A stretch of DNA of 61,359 nucleotides, filler included, from Stramenopiles sp. TOSAG23-6 (GCA_900128565.1; 15 parts of 15 records of this genome joined end to end with filler, not necessarily neighbours in it), one strand, 5' to 3'; positions 1 to 12,356 are shown, numbered from the whole stretch's first letter. Made by a program: numbers and translations. The notes: a model not told the origin generated them from the sequence alone.

Positions 1-85
1 TTTGTTAGGTACAAAATTTCGTATGAAATTATTTTATAGAGGAGATGAATAAAAAATAAAAACAATTCAAGTGTAATTACATACA

Positions 86-323
86 TCACAAATGTTCTTT
101 GTAGCTGCGTCCATATTGTCAGTATTAGTAGTACAGACCTTGGGAAGTTGTTTATGATCATATTGTGTACACATTCTAAAAAAATATATATATTTTGTTA
201 GGTACGAAATTACGTACAAAAAAAAAAAAAAAAAAAAGTAAAAAAAAGTAAAAAAAGTATAATCATATTACTTTTTTTTTTATTGTAGAATAAAAATAAG
301 AAGAAACCTGAGATCACTACCAT
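86..323 (-). CDS. Possible 5' start of an intron-containing gene (MVVISD-DHKQLPKVC...), truncated by contig end; repeated at +4120
   Basis: ATG at 323, GT donor at 307, family intron with CCTAAC, short open exon, then another GTATGT donor. Confidence 0.35.
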
Positions 324-354
324 TTTTTTGTGTGATTTATGGTAATATCACATA

Positions 355-1545
355 TTATTTCTTTTTAGGTCTCCCTCTCTTTGTAGTCTTTTTAGGTCTT
401 CCCCTCTTTTTAGGTGTCGCTTTCTCAGCAGTTTTGTGTTTTTTTGAAGGGGTACTTTTCTGGGTACTACTCGCATCTGTCTTGCGTTTCTTTGAAGAGG
501 TACTTTTTCCAATCGAAAAAAATCCCTTAATAGTATCGATAAGTCCACCACCTGAATCTGTATTATCTTCGACATCGCCATTTTTCACCAGAAGTTTCCA
601 CTTGTCTTTTAGATCAACATTAGTTCTGTGAGCATGAAAATCATATTTGTCCAAAATGTCAGCCCACCATTTCCCGTGATTTTCCACTCCTTCCTTCAAA
701 TTTTCTATCTCTTCTTCAGTCCAAGGCACTCGATGTCGACGTTCTACCTTGTTTTTTGGCAATGAATTCTTGTTGTCATTTTTCTTAAGAACTTTCCACT
801 TATCTTTGAGATCAACAGGTTTTCTGTGATCAGCAAATTTTGTTCCTTTACCATAGATTTTTTTCCAGTTATACCCATGTTTTTTCACACCAGTCATTAG
901 GTATTTTGTTTCAGCAGCAGACCATGGTACACGGGGTCGTCGGTCGATCTGTATTGTCGATTCTTCGACTACTCCATTTCTCAACAGAACTCTCCATTTA
1001 TCTTTGAGGTCTACCGCCGTCCTGCAGGATTCAAAAGTATACTCGCTCAATATTTTTTTCCAATCAGGGCCTACTTCTCCGACAGCTTCCTTTAACTCTT
1101 CTACTTCATCTTCTCCCCATGGTACACGTTGTCGTCGTTGGAGATCGATTGAAGACTCTTCGACGTCTCCATTTCTCAAAAGAACTCTCCACTTATCTTT
1201 GAGGTCCATCGGTCTTCTGTGAGAAGCAAATTTTTTTCCTGTACCATAGATTAATTTCCAATCATACCCATGTTTTCCCACACCAACCAGTAGACTTTTC
1301 TTTTCAGCAGTAGACCATGGGACACGTGGACGGCCACTTTTGTTTCGGATCTCGTTGACAGCACCTAGTTTTAACATGACTCTCCACTTGTCTTTGAGAT
1401 CCACTGCAGTTCGAGAAGGTTCAAAAACATATTCACTTAAGATAATACTCCATTTATTTCCTTTTGATTCAACACCTGTCTTCAATTGTTTCACCTCATC
1501 AGTACTCCATGGAGTTCTTGGGCGTCGAGCTTTTCTGATTGGCAT
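355..1545 (-). CDS. Protein with five tandem telobox-type Myb/SANT domains and two C-terminal AT-hooks (TRF/TRFL-like DNA-binding protein)
   Basis: Five repeats of R.PW...E...L..GV...G..W..I...R..VDLKDKWR; C-terminal KRGRPKK twice; first ATG at 1545. Confidence 0.85.
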   Translation of the reverse strand: MPIRKARRPRTPWSTDEVKQLKTGVESKGNKWSIILSEYVFEPSRTAVDLKDKWRVMLKLGAVNEIRNKSGRPRVPWSTAEKKSLLVGVGKHGYDWKLIYGTGKKFASHRRPMDLKDKWRVLLRNGDVEESSIDLQRRQRVPWGEDEVEELKEAVGEVGPDWKKILSEYTFESCRTAVDLKDKWRVLLRNGVVEESTIQIDRRPRVPWSAAETKYLMTGVKKHGYNWKKIYGKGTKFADHRKPVDLKDKWKVLKKNDNKNSLPKNKVERRHRVPWTEEEIENLKEGVENHGKWWADILDKYDFHAHRTNVDLKDKWKLLVKNGDVEDNTDSGGGLIDTIKGFFSIGKSTSSKKRKTDASSTQKSTPSKKHKTAEKATPKKRGRPKKTTKRGRPKKK

Positions 1546-1965
1546 TTGCAAAGAAAATGTATATCTTTCTTAGAGAAACAGAGATAAGATACTACTAAAG
1601 ATACCGATAAAGATACCGATAGTATCTTTCGGGATTCTCGTCTTTCAACGGATCGACGAAATTTGGACTGACACGAAATTTGGAAAAAAAAAATGAAATT
1701 CGAAATTAAAATTGTTATTTTTTTTCAATTTAAATTTGAAACTTACCATGGTAAAAAAAATCATATATTATTTCATACGATATAGCTGCATACATTTAGA
1801 TAGATAGATACATACATACAAAAGTACCCTAACTTAATAAAAACAAAACAATTAAATTTCGTTTATAATGATTACTTTATAACGATATACAATATCATTA
1901 ATAAACGACATAAAGTAATATATTGTACATATATTATATATATATAGTCTGCGAACCTGTGGGAT

Positions 1966-3930
1966 CTATACATTTTGTTGTTGAAGTGCTTCTCTCTCTT
2001 CTCTCTCTCTTTTTAGTTTCGCGTCCTTTCTTACTATAGTTCTCCATTTATCTTTGAGATTAACGTTTGTTCTGTAGTCCGGGAAATCAAAGTCCTTCTT
2101 TATAGCAGCCCACCTACCAAAGCCATGTTTTGCGACACCATCTCTAAGCATATTTTCCTCGGCTTCTGTCCACTTGTTTCTTTGATATTTTGTTCTTTGT
2201 TTTTTCTTTGATGGAGAATCTTCGTCAGCACCATCAGCATCATCTTCACGACTGCGCTTTTGGTTGCCACTACTTGTAGCTCTCTCGTTTTCTTTGTCAT
2301 CAAACAGTCTAAGTGGTTTTATCGATGTTTTCATAGGTTGTAACCTTCTTCTTGTTGGCACAGCTTCATCCGACTCTGAATCTGTTTCAATTTCTTCAGC
2401 TGGAATGATTTTTTCAACTTCGTTTTCATTATGATTTTCATGTCCACTCGCATTTCGATGGCAATTAACATCATCATCAACAATTTCAACATCAACAATG
2501 TCCATATCAGGATCGTACTCATCATTTGTATCAGGAACGTAATTATCACCATCATTGTTATTTCTCGCTTGCAATTTTTTTAAGATTCCATTCGAGTCGG
2601 GAGAAAATTCATCTGAATCTGAGTCACTGTCATACCAAGACAAGGCTTTTGCAGAAGATTTCTTGTTGAGTAAACTTTCTTTTTTTTGTCCACGTCCACG
2701 GGTCGATTTTCCTTTTCCTTTACGATCCTTTGATAGATTTCTTGTATTTCTGTGAGTGGACATTCGAGAAGTAGATGTCTGCGAGACACTTACTGGTTCA
2801 AGAGGGCCTCTAGATTCACTTCTGGGATGACTCGGACGTGTAAGAGCAGCCTCACTTGAAACAACTGCAGCATTCAAAGGATCTTCACCACCAGACTTAT
2901 CTAGAGTCATTCTACTGTCTTTAACACCAGATATAACATCTTCAACCAATTGTGCAGATTCTTCAGAGTTATCACGACTATCATTTTCATCGTCTTCCTC
3001 GTCTTCAGTATCATCATCAACAAACGGATCTCCAATTTCTACGCTTTCTATTTTTTTTGGCTTTTCAGATTTTCGCTGTACATCTGTTTTCTTTGTATTT
3101 GTTTTAGACTTCTTTGCAACACTTCCGTGAGAAAACAAATTACTTAGCGCACTGAATTGGTTTGTAAATACTTCTGCTGCTTTTGCTGCAGAATTCAAGG
3201 CTTCTTTAAAAGGCGAATATTGAGAAACCTCATTTACAGGTGATTCAATTGAAGTCTCATTTACTGGTGATTCATTAGGCTTAGAGTTCTCATTTACTGG
3301 TGATTCGTGTGATTTTTCAGGCTCATCAAAAGGTGAGTCCTCTTGGACAATTGCATCAAGATTACTTTTACCACCAGCCAATTCACGAATTTGACTTAAA
3401 CTTAAATTCTGAGTGTCGTCGCCACGAGAAACACTCTTTACAGTACTCCTAGGTTGAGGAAAATTCGATTCGTTCGGACCTGAAGATGACGATAAAGTGT
3501 CCTCACCATGGTCCGAAATACGCTTCTTACTTAGCGGTGGAACTATCGTTTGATAAATACTTTTAATCCCATGATTCGTTTCACATGTCTTGGCAAGTCT
3601 TAGAAGAAAAGGTTTGCTAAAGACTGTAGACTCAACCAAGTCAATAGCGTTTTCGAAATCCTTTTTAAAGTCTTCAAAAGAACATGTATTTTGGAAAAAT
3701 ATTTGAAAAAAAAAAAAAAATTGTTAGGTACAAATTTTCGTACGAAAAAAAAAAATCCAATTTGAAAAAAAATAAAACATACATTGATCTAACAAATATT
3801 TTGCACGTTTTCGGATAGCTGACACAGATTGATCAGAGCTACTTGTAAAAATATCTGTTAATTGGTTTCGGTTGCTGTGATACATTTCGACGACTTGGTC
3901 ATACAAATTTTCTTCAAGATCTTTCGAAAT
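1966..3930 (-). CDS. TRF1/2/Taz1-like protein: long acidic disordered region plus a single C-terminal telobox Myb; 5' partial, intron 3684-3782
   Basis: KWTEAEENMLRDGVAKHGFGRWAAIK...RTNVNLKDKWR; removing the intron joins KYLLDQ-C-SFEDFKK in frame. Confidence 0.8.
3684..3782 (-). other. Family intron, GT-AT (99 nt)
   Basis: CAAT|GTATGT...TACCTAAC...AATACAT|GTTCT restores the frame. Confidence 0.8.
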
Positions 3931-4020
3931 ATGGATTATGAAAAAATATTTCAAAAAAAAATTTTAAAAAAATCGTTAGGTACGAAATTTCGTATGAAAA
4001 AAAAATTAAATTAGAAATTC

Positions 4021-4120
4021 NNNNNNNNNNNNNNNNNNNNNNNNNNNNNNNNNNNNNNNNNNNNTTAATTAATTAANNNNNNNNNNNNNNNNNNNNNNNN
4101 NNNNNNNNNNNNNNNNNNNN
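4021..4120. other. Artificial contig linker N45-TTAATTAATTAA-N44. Recurs near 8141, 12257, 16372, 20486, 24598, 28691, 32783, 36872, 40960, 45045, 49125, 53204 and 57282
   Basis: Identical six-frame-stop PacI-containing spacer flanked by N runs. Confidence 0.97.
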
Positions 4121-4474
4121 TTTGTTAGGTACAAAATTTCGTATGAAATTATTTTATAGAGGAGATGAATAAAAAATAAAAACAATTCAAGTGTAATTAC
4201 ATACATCACAAATGTTCTTTGTAGCTGCGTCCATATTGTCAGTATTAGTAGTACAGACCTTGGGAAGTTGTTTATGATCATATTGTGTACACATTCTAAA
4301 AAAATATATATATTTTGTTAGGTACGAAATTACGTACAAAAAAAAAAAAAAAAAAAAGTAAAAAAAAGTAAAAAAAGTATAATCATATTACTTTTTTTTT
4401 TATTGTAGAATAAAAATAAGAAGAAACCTGAGATCACTACCATTTTTTTGTGTGATTTATGGTAATATCACATA

Positions 4475-5665
4475 TTATTTCTTTTTAGGTCTCCCTCTCT
4501 TTGTAGTCTTTTTAGGTCTTCCCCTCTTTTTAGGTGTCGCTTTCTCAGCAGTTTTGTGTTTTTTTGAAGGGGTACTTTTCTGGGTACTACTCGCATCTGT
4601 CTTGCGTTTCTTTGAAGAGGTACTTTTTCCAATCGAAAAAAATCCCTTAATAGTATCGATAAGTCCACCACCTGAATCTGTATTATCTTCGACATCGCCA
4701 TTTTTCACCAGAAGTTTCCACTTGTCTTTTAGATCAACATTAGTTCTGTGAGCATGAAAATCATATTTGTCCAAAATGTCAGCCCACCATTTCCCGTGAT
4801 TTTCCACTCCTTCCTTCAAATTTTCTATCTCTTCTTCAGTCCAAGGCACTCGATGTCGACGTTCTACCTTGTTTTTTGGCAATGAATTCTTGTTGTCATT
4901 TTTCTTAAGAACTTTCCACTTATCTTTGAGATCAACAGGTTTTCTGTGATCAGCAAATTTTGTTCCTTTACCATAGATTTTTTTCCAGTTATACCCATGT
5001 TTTTTCACACCAGTCATTAGGTATTTTGTTTCAGCAGCAGACCATGGTACACGGGGTCGTCGGTCGATCTGTATTGTCGATTCTTCGACTACTCCATTTC
5101 TCAACAGAACTCTCCATTTATCTTTGAGGTCTACCGCCGTCCTGCAGGATTCAAAAGTATACTCGCTCAATATTTTTTTCCAATCAGGGCCTACTTCTCC
5201 GACAGCTTCCTTTAACTCTTCTACTTCATCTTCTCCCCATGGTACACGTTGTCGTCGTTGGAGATCGATTGAAGACTCTTCGACGTCTCCATTTCTCAAA
5301 AGAACTCTCCACTTATCTTTGAGGTCCATCGGTCTTCTGTGAGAAGCAAATTTTTTTCCTGTACCATAGATTAATTTCCAATCATACCCATGTTTTCCCA
5401 CACCAACCAGTAGACTTTTCTTTTCAGCAGTAGACCATGGGACACGTGGACGGCCACTTTTGTTTCGGATCTCGTTGACAGCACCTAGTTTTAACATGAC
5501 TCTCCACTTGTCTTTGAGATCCACTGCAGTTCGAGAAGGTTCAAAAACATATTCACTTAAGATAATACTCCATTTATTTCCTTTTGATTCAACACCTGTC
5601 TTCAATTGTTTCACCTCATCAGTACTCCATGGAGTTCTTGGGCGTCGAGCTTTTCTGATTGGCAT
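4475..5665 (-). CDS. Five-telobox-Myb plus AT-hook protein (duplicate copy)
   Basis: Identical to 355-1545. Confidence 0.8.
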   Translation of the reverse strand: MPIRKARRPRTPWSTDEVKQLKTGVESKGNKWSIILSEYVFEPSRTAVDLKDKWRVMLKLGAVNEIRNKSGRPRVPWSTAEKKSLLVGVGKHGYDWKLIYGTGKKFASHRRPMDLKDKWRVLLRNGDVEESSIDLQRRQRVPWGEDEVEELKEAVGEVGPDWKKILSEYTFESCRTAVDLKDKWRVLLRNGVVEESTIQIDRRPRVPWSAAETKYLMTGVKKHGYNWKKIYGKGTKFADHRKPVDLKDKWKVLKKNDNKNSLPKNKVERRHRVPWTEEEIENLKEGVENHGKWWADILDKYDFHAHRTNVDLKDKWKLLVKNGDVEDNTDSGGGLIDTIKGFFSIGKSTSSKKRKTDASSTQKSTPSKKHKTAEKATPKKRGRPKKTTKRGRPKKK

Positions 5666-6085
5666 TTGCAAAGAAAATGTATATCTTTCTTAGAGAAACA
5701 GAGATAAGATACTACTAAAGATACCGATAAAGATACCGATAGTATCTTTCGGGATTCTCGTCTTTCAACGGATCGACGAAATTTGGACTGACACGAAATT
5801 TGGAAAAAAAAAATGAAATTCGAAATTAAAATTGTTATTTTTTTTCAATTTAAATTTGAAACTTACCATGGTAAAAAAAATCATATATTATTTCATACGA
5901 TATAGCTGCATACATTTAGATAGATAGATACATACATACAAAAGTACCCTAACTTAATAAAAACAAAACAATTAAATTTCGTTTATAATGATTACTTTAT
6001 AACGATATACAATATCATTAATAAACGACATAAAGTAATATATTGTACATATATTATATATATATAGTCTGCGAACCTGTGGGAT

Positions 6086-8050
6086 CTATACATTTTGTTG
6101 TTGAAGTGCTTCTCTCTCTTCTCTCTCTCTTTTTAGTTTCGCGTCCTTTCTTACTATAGTTCTCCATTTATCTTTGAGATTAACGTTTGTTCTGTAGTCC
6201 GGGAAATCAAAGTCCTTCTTTATAGCAGCCCACCTACCAAAGCCATGTTTTGCGACACCATCTCTAAGCATATTTTCCTCGGCTTCTGTCCACTTGTTTC
6301 TTTGATATTTTGTTCTTTGTTTTTTCTTTGATGGAGAATCTTCGTCAGCACCATCAGCATCATCTTCACGACTGCGCTTTTGGTTGCCACTACTTGTAGC
6401 TCTCTCGTTTTCTTTGTCATCAAACAGTCTAAGTGGTTTTATCGATGTTTTCATAGGTTGTAACCTTCTTCTTGTTGGCACAGCTTCATCCGACTCTGAA
6501 TCTGTTTCAATTTCTTCAGCTGGAATGATTTTTTCAACTTCGTTTTCATTATGATTTTCATGTCCACTCGCATTTCGATGGCAATTAACATCATCATCAA
6601 CAATTTCAACATCAACAATGTCCATATCAGGATCGTACTCATCATTTGTATCAGGAACGTAATTATCACCATCATTGTTATTTCTCGCTTGCAATTTTTT
6701 TAAGATTCCATTCGAGTCGGGAGAAAATTCATCTGAATCTGAGTCACTGTCATACCAAGACAAGGCTTTTGCAGAAGATTTCTTGTTGAGTAAACTTTCT
6801 TTTTTTTGTCCACGTCCACGGGTCGATTTTCCTTTTCCTTTACGATCCTTTGATAGATTTCTTGTATTTCTGTGAGTGGACATTCGAGAAGTAGATGTCT
6901 GCGAGACACTTACTGGTTCAAGAGGGCCTCTAGATTCACTTCTGGGATGACTCGGACGTGTAAGAGCAGCCTCACTTGAAACAACTGCAGCATTCAAAGG
7001 ATCTTCACCACCAGACTTATCTAGAGTCATTCTACTGTCTTTAACACCAGATATAACATCTTCAACCAATTGTGCAGATTCTTCAGAGTTATCACGACTA
7101 TCATTTTCATCGTCTTCCTCGTCTTCAGTATCATCATCAACAAACGGATCTCCAATTTCTACGCTTTCTATTTTTTTTGGCTTTTCAGATTTTCGCTGTA
7201 CATCTGTTTTCTTTGTATTTGTTTTAGACTTCTTTGCAACACTTCCGTGAGAAAACAAATTACTTAGCGCACTGAATTGGTTTGTAAATACTTCTGCTGC
7301 TTTTGCTGCAGAATTCAAGGCTTCTTTAAAAGGCGAATATTGAGAAACCTCATTTACAGGTGATTCAATTGAAGTCTCATTTACTGGTGATTCATTAGGC
7401 TTAGAGTTCTCATTTACTGGTGATTCGTGTGATTTTTCAGGCTCATCAAAAGGTGAGTCCTCTTGGACAATTGCATCAAGATTACTTTTACCACCAGCCA
7501 ATTCACGAATTTGACTTAAACTTAAATTCTGAGTGTCGTCGCCACGAGAAACACTCTTTACAGTACTCCTAGGTTGAGGAAAATTCGATTCGTTCGGACC
7601 TGAAGATGACGATAAAGTGTCCTCACCATGGTCCGAAATACGCTTCTTACTTAGCGGTGGAACTATCGTTTGATAAATACTTTTAATCCCATGATTCGTT
7701 TCACATGTCTTGGCAAGTCTTAGAAGAAAAGGTTTGCTAAAGACTGTAGACTCAACCAAGTCAATAGCGTTTTCGAAATCCTTTTTAAAGTCTTCAAAAG
7801 AACATGTATTTTGGAAAAATATTTGAAAAAAAAAAAAAAATTGTTAGGTACAAATTTTCGTACGAAAAAAAAAAATCCAATTTGAAAAAAAATAAAACAT
7901 ACATTGATCTAACAAATATTTTGCACGTTTTCGGATAGCTGACACAGATTGATCAGAGCTACTTGTAAAAATATCTGTTAATTGGTTTCGGTTGCTGTGA
8001 TACATTTCGACGACTTGGTCATACAAATTTTCTTCAAGATCTTTCGAAAT
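6086..8050 (-). CDS. TRF-like single telobox Myb protein (duplicate copy, 5' partial)
   Basis: Identical to 1966-3930. Confidence 0.75.
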
Positions 8051-8311
8051 ATGGATTATGAAAAAATATTTCAAAAAAAAATTTTAAAAAAATCGTTAGG
8101 TACGAAATTTCGTATGAAAAAAAAATTAAATTAGAAATTCNNNNNNNNNNNNNNNNNNNNNNNNNNNNNNNNNNNNNNNNNNNNTTAATTAATTAANNNN
8201 NNNNNNNNNNNNNNNNNNNNNNNNNNNNNNNNNNNNNNNNTTTTCATACGAAATTTTGTACCTAACAAATTTTTTTAGATTTTTTTTTTGAAATATTTTT
8301 CCAAAATACAT

Positions 8312-8391
8312 ATGTTGTCAAAGGTGTCTCTACAGCTGAACGTGAAACTCTTGAAAAAGAACGTGCCATTAGCTCGTGTTCCTATGAATAA
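8312..8391 (+). CDS. Terminal exon of an unknown gene (..VVKGVSTAERETLEKERAISSCSYE*)
   Basis: Follows a family intron 3' end AATACAT; open to TAA. Confidence 0.45.
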
Positions 8392-8930
8392 ATAATTAAC
8401 AAAAATTTAAAAAAAAAATTTAAAAAAAAATTTTAAAAAAAATGAAAACCCTGATAGAAACACGAAAAACACGAAAAACATGAAAAACATGAAAAACACG
8501 AAATTGTACACTTTCATCATTGTAAGATAAAATGGTTCATTAAAAAAAAACATGTTGTCTTGTTCTGATTCAAATTATTCATTTATGTTAATATGAGTAA
8601 AAATATAAATTATAAAAATGAATTTAAAACATGATTTTTTTCCATCTTTTGAGTTTTTCTTTTTCAACCAACAACAACAAATTCCAACAAATTGACAAAT
8701 TCGAAGATTTTTTTTTTTTTAAACACTAAAACAGGTTTGCGCAATTTTTCGAGGAAGGAATTATTTTCAAATCCAAAATCATCCAAAATCTCGAATCTTT
8801 CTGCCGATTTTTGAAAACAAGCAAACCCTTGGAGCGCACGATTCACGCGAAAGATACTATTTTGTTATCATTCAAAGAAGTTTTGAATATTTGAGTCTAT
8901 CAACGTTTTAATTTTATCAAAAACGATACA

Positions 8931-9995
8931 ATGCAAATCTTTCGATTCCTTGTGCTTCAGTGTTTTACTATTTCTGTGATGGGTATACGAAATTTTCGAG
9001 AAAAAAGAAACTTGGACGACGTCATGATGAGTGTTCCGATTGTTCGAATGAAACAAACGCAGTCAATTGTAGAACCAGGAAAGGATGACGCGAACAAAGT
9101 GGCTGGAAAGGGAAATGCTGATGCAAATGCCGAGGATACAAAACAAAAGGCTCAGAAAAAGGCCGAGGGTAAGAAACAAGAGGCTCAGGTAAATGCCGAG
9201 AATAAAAAAAAAGAAGCTCAGGTGAAGGCCGACAAGGAAGCGCAAGAAGCTCAGGTGAAGGCCGACAAGGAAGTGCAAGACGCCCAGAACAATGCCGACA
9301 AGGAAAAACAAGACGCTGACAACAAAGCTAAAGAAGATAAAGAAGATAAAAAAGCTACTGAAGGAAGCGCAGATGCCACAGGTTCCCCAAAACCGAAAGA
9401 AGAAGAGACAAAGACTGATGGCGAAACCAAAAAAAAAGAAGCCACGGTACCCGCAAGTGAACTCACAAAAGCCACGGTTAATTTGCATAATGCTACAGAA
9501 ACAGCGACTGGACATTTACAAAAGTCTCAAACACAACGAACCCAAAATGAGGCGAAAATTGCAGAATTAACAAGTGAAGCTACTACAAATCATGCAAATC
9601 TAACTGAAGCAGGGAAACAATACGCAAAAGACAAGAAGGTTTTTTCTGAAAAAGATTTGGCGGTGAAAAAAGCAACTCTAGCTCAAGCAGAACTCCAAAC
9701 TGCTTCGGGTGAATCTGGACCTAAAGATCCAAAAAAAGAAGGCGGAGCACCTGAAAGTGCAACACCAGAGGGTGGAGATGTTCAAAATGGAAAAACAGCT
9801 CCACCAAAGGTAGCAGAACCATCAACTAAAGCAGATACAGCTGTAACTAAAGCAGATAAAGCTGTAACTGAAGCAGATAAAGCTGTAACTGAAGCAGCAG
9901 CTACATCCGAAATGCCAAAAGAGGCATCACCTACAGCAACTGCTTCAGGAACACCTAAAGCAACTGCTTCAGAATCACCTAAAGCAACTGCTTAA
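8931..9995 (+). CDS. Secreted low-complexity K/E/A/T-rich protein
   Basis: 354-aa ORF with hydrophobic N-terminus and short repeats (EAQVKADK, KAVTEAD, SPKATA). Confidence 0.7.
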   Translation: MQIFRFLVLQCFTISVMGIRNFREKRNLDDVMMSVPIVRMKQTQSIVEPGKDDANKVAGKGNADANAEDTKQKAQKKAEGKKQEAQVNAENKKKEAQVKADKEAQEAQVKADKEVQDAQNNADKEKQDADNKAKEDKEDKKATEGSADATGSPKPKEEETKTDGETKKKEATVPASELTKATVNLHNATETATGHLQKSQTQRTQNEAKIAELTSEATTNHANLTEAGKQYAKDKKVFSEKDLAVKKATLAQAELQTASGESGPKDPKKEGGAPESATPEGGDVQNGKTAPPKVAEPSTKADTAVTKADKAVTEADKAVTEAAATSEMPKEASPTATASGTPKATASESPKATA

Positions 9996-10329
9996 GGTTG
10001 ATAATCTACGACGAATATGTAATTCTGTAGTAACATACTTTCGAAATCTTTAATACTTACGCGAAATATGTGTTTTTGATGCAAGATAAAATATTATCAA
10101 TAAAAGTTTTTACTATGTCAATTTTGAAAAAATATTTTAAAATTTTTATCAAGTATAAAATTATCTAAGGAAAAAAAAGTTCAAAATTGTTTTTGGGAAG
10201 TTTTTTTTATTCAGTTAAATTTGGATGTTTTTTTGTCATTTAATTCAGATAATGTGAACAATTTATGGTACAACACTATTTAAAATTGATCGTGTATACC
10301 ATTAATTCTCCTCTATGATAGGTCTCCAA

Positions 10330-10398
10330 CAAACCCTAACCCTAAACAATTTCGATCAAACCCTAACCCTAAACAATTTCGATCAAACCCTAACCCTA
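10330..10398 (+). repeat. 2.5 copies of a 27-nt unit CAAACCCTAACCCTAAACAATTTCGAT containing (CCCTAA)2 telomere-like boxes
   Basis: Directly visible, about 120 nt upstream of ATG 10521. Confidence 0.85.
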
Positions 10399-10520
10399 GT
10401 AACTAAAATTAAAAATTGCAACCGACGGATATGGATACATACGGAAAAATCGTATCCTTCTTTTATATACGTCTTGTGCACGTCTTGAGCTTGTGTAATA
10501 TTCTACGAAAGAAAACGAAA

Positions 10521-12256
10521 ATGAGTTTGAATAAGCGACTTTGGATAATGATGTTTGTTACATTAAGCTATGCCTCAGTAAGTGTCAAGGCATTTAATGT
10601 CGGAGATTGCAAAAGAATGTGTAGAAGTGAATCCGCAACTACTGGTACTCCTGATGGTGGTGATGATGATGGTAGTGCTGGTGGAGATACAGCGCAACAG
10701 CAAGTTCCACGAAAAAAACAAAATGGTGAATTAACGACACACAGAGCAGCAGAAGAAGCGAAAGCCGCAGCAGCAGCAAAAGCTACAGCAGCAGCCGCAG
10801 CAGCAAAAGCTACAGCAGCACGAATTGCTGCAGTAGCAGAAGCAAAAGCAGCAGCAGAAGAAGCAGCAGTACGCATTCAAGCTCTCCATCGTGGAAACCA
10901 AGGAAGAAAAACAGCAACAGGAGCGCGGAAAGCAAAAGCAGAAGAAGCAGCAGAAGCAGCAGCCGCAGCAGCAGCCGCAGCAGAAGCAGAAGTACAAACA
11001 ATAGCAAGAGCTGCTACTACAATTCAAAATGCATGGAAAACTAAAGCAGCAGCACAACGAGCAGAACGACAAAATGATGCTGCTATAAAAATTCAAGCTT
11101 TTCAACGTGGTAATGCAGTTAGAGCAGATCAACAAAAGCAACATGATGCTGTTACAACAGTCCAAGCTATTGCCCGTGGTAATACAGTTAGAAAAGAACA
11201 ACAACGAGTAGCAGCAGCAAAAAGAGAAGCAGCCGTAAAAGAAAAAGCAGCTACACAATTACAAGCTCTTTATCGTGGTCATACAGTTAGACAAACACAA
11301 AGAAATGAAAATAATGCTGCTAAAACTATTCAGACTGCTGTACGTCGTCATCAAGCAACAGCAAGGGCAGCAGCAGAAACACAACAACAAAATGATGCTG
11401 CTACAAAAATTCAAAATGCATGGAAAACTGCTCGCAGAAAAGCAGCAGCACAACGAACACAACGAGTACAACCAGCACCACCACCACATGGTGAGGGTGG
11501 ATCAGGAGAGGGTCCTGCACTAACACCTGGTAGTGATAAAATCCAGGAATTACAAATTGTTGCGTCTCCTGAAAGACAAGAAACTGTACAAGTATCTGGT
11601 TCACATGGTGATATGCCTCTTCTTGTAGCAGATGGCAATTTATTCAGACTAAACCCCAAAGTAATTGCGCCTTTATTATTTTTAATTTTACAGCCGTCAA
11701 CCTCGACTCCTCAAAGAAGCAAGGAAGTACAACTTGAACTTCTAAATCAACTGAATTCACAGAAATCATCTTTTGGTTCACAAGAGGTAACAGCAGAACT
11801 CCAGCATGTTCTCTCAGATCTCTCAGATCTCATCGGACGAGATGGATCAGAATCCACAGTTGATTTTCTTAAGGGTGATCTCTCAGCTCTCCTCAAACTA
11901 CGTCTTACTCCTCAGGAATGGAACCAATTTATTGCACATGTTCAACCACAACTTCAACAAGCGTTAACCTTGAGTGAACGTCAAAATGATGGAAACGTCG
12001 TGTTTTTACAAGATGGCAATAATGATGAAATGAGTAGTCTGCAAGATGTTACACATGGTGGTGGTGGTGGTTTTGGTGAAGTTCTTCCAGGAGCAGCACA
12101 GCCATCTCCTGAACTTCATGAACGACTTCGTCAACCACGACTTGCTTATTCACAAGGTACAATAGTCCGAGTACCAGCAACAGCGACACGGCAACCAGGA
12201 CAAAAAGATGTACCAACAGCAGGCAACAGACAACATCTTCTTGCACCAGAACCTGA
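10521..12256 (+). CDS. Signal-peptide protein with multiple IQ-like motifs; 3' truncated
   Basis: MSLNKRLWIMMFVTLSYASVSVKA; IQALHRGNQGRK, IQAFQRGNAVR, VQAIARGNTVRK, LQALYRGHTVR. Confidence 0.75.
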
Positions 12257-12356
12257 NNNNNNNNNNNNNNNNNNNNNNNNNNNNNNNNNNNNNNNNNNNN
12301 TTAATTAATTAANNNNNNNNNNNNNNNNNNNNNNNNNNNNNNNNNNNNNNNNNNNN

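Larger units (their letters stand above)
4121..8140 (+). repeat. Exact duplicate of contig 1-4020
   Basis: Identical ORF set at offset 4120; no differences seen by eye. Confidence 0.95.

Noticed and set aside
4021-4120. TTAATTAATTAA motif recurring every ~4.1 kb as a biological repeat
   Set aside because: Artificial spacer inside N runs; gene neighbourhoods across linkers are meaningless.
1-8140. Tandem duplication of the telobox-Myb locus
   Set aside because: Copies are identical including homopolymer lengths and contig ends, and are separated by an artificial linker; this is a redundant contig.
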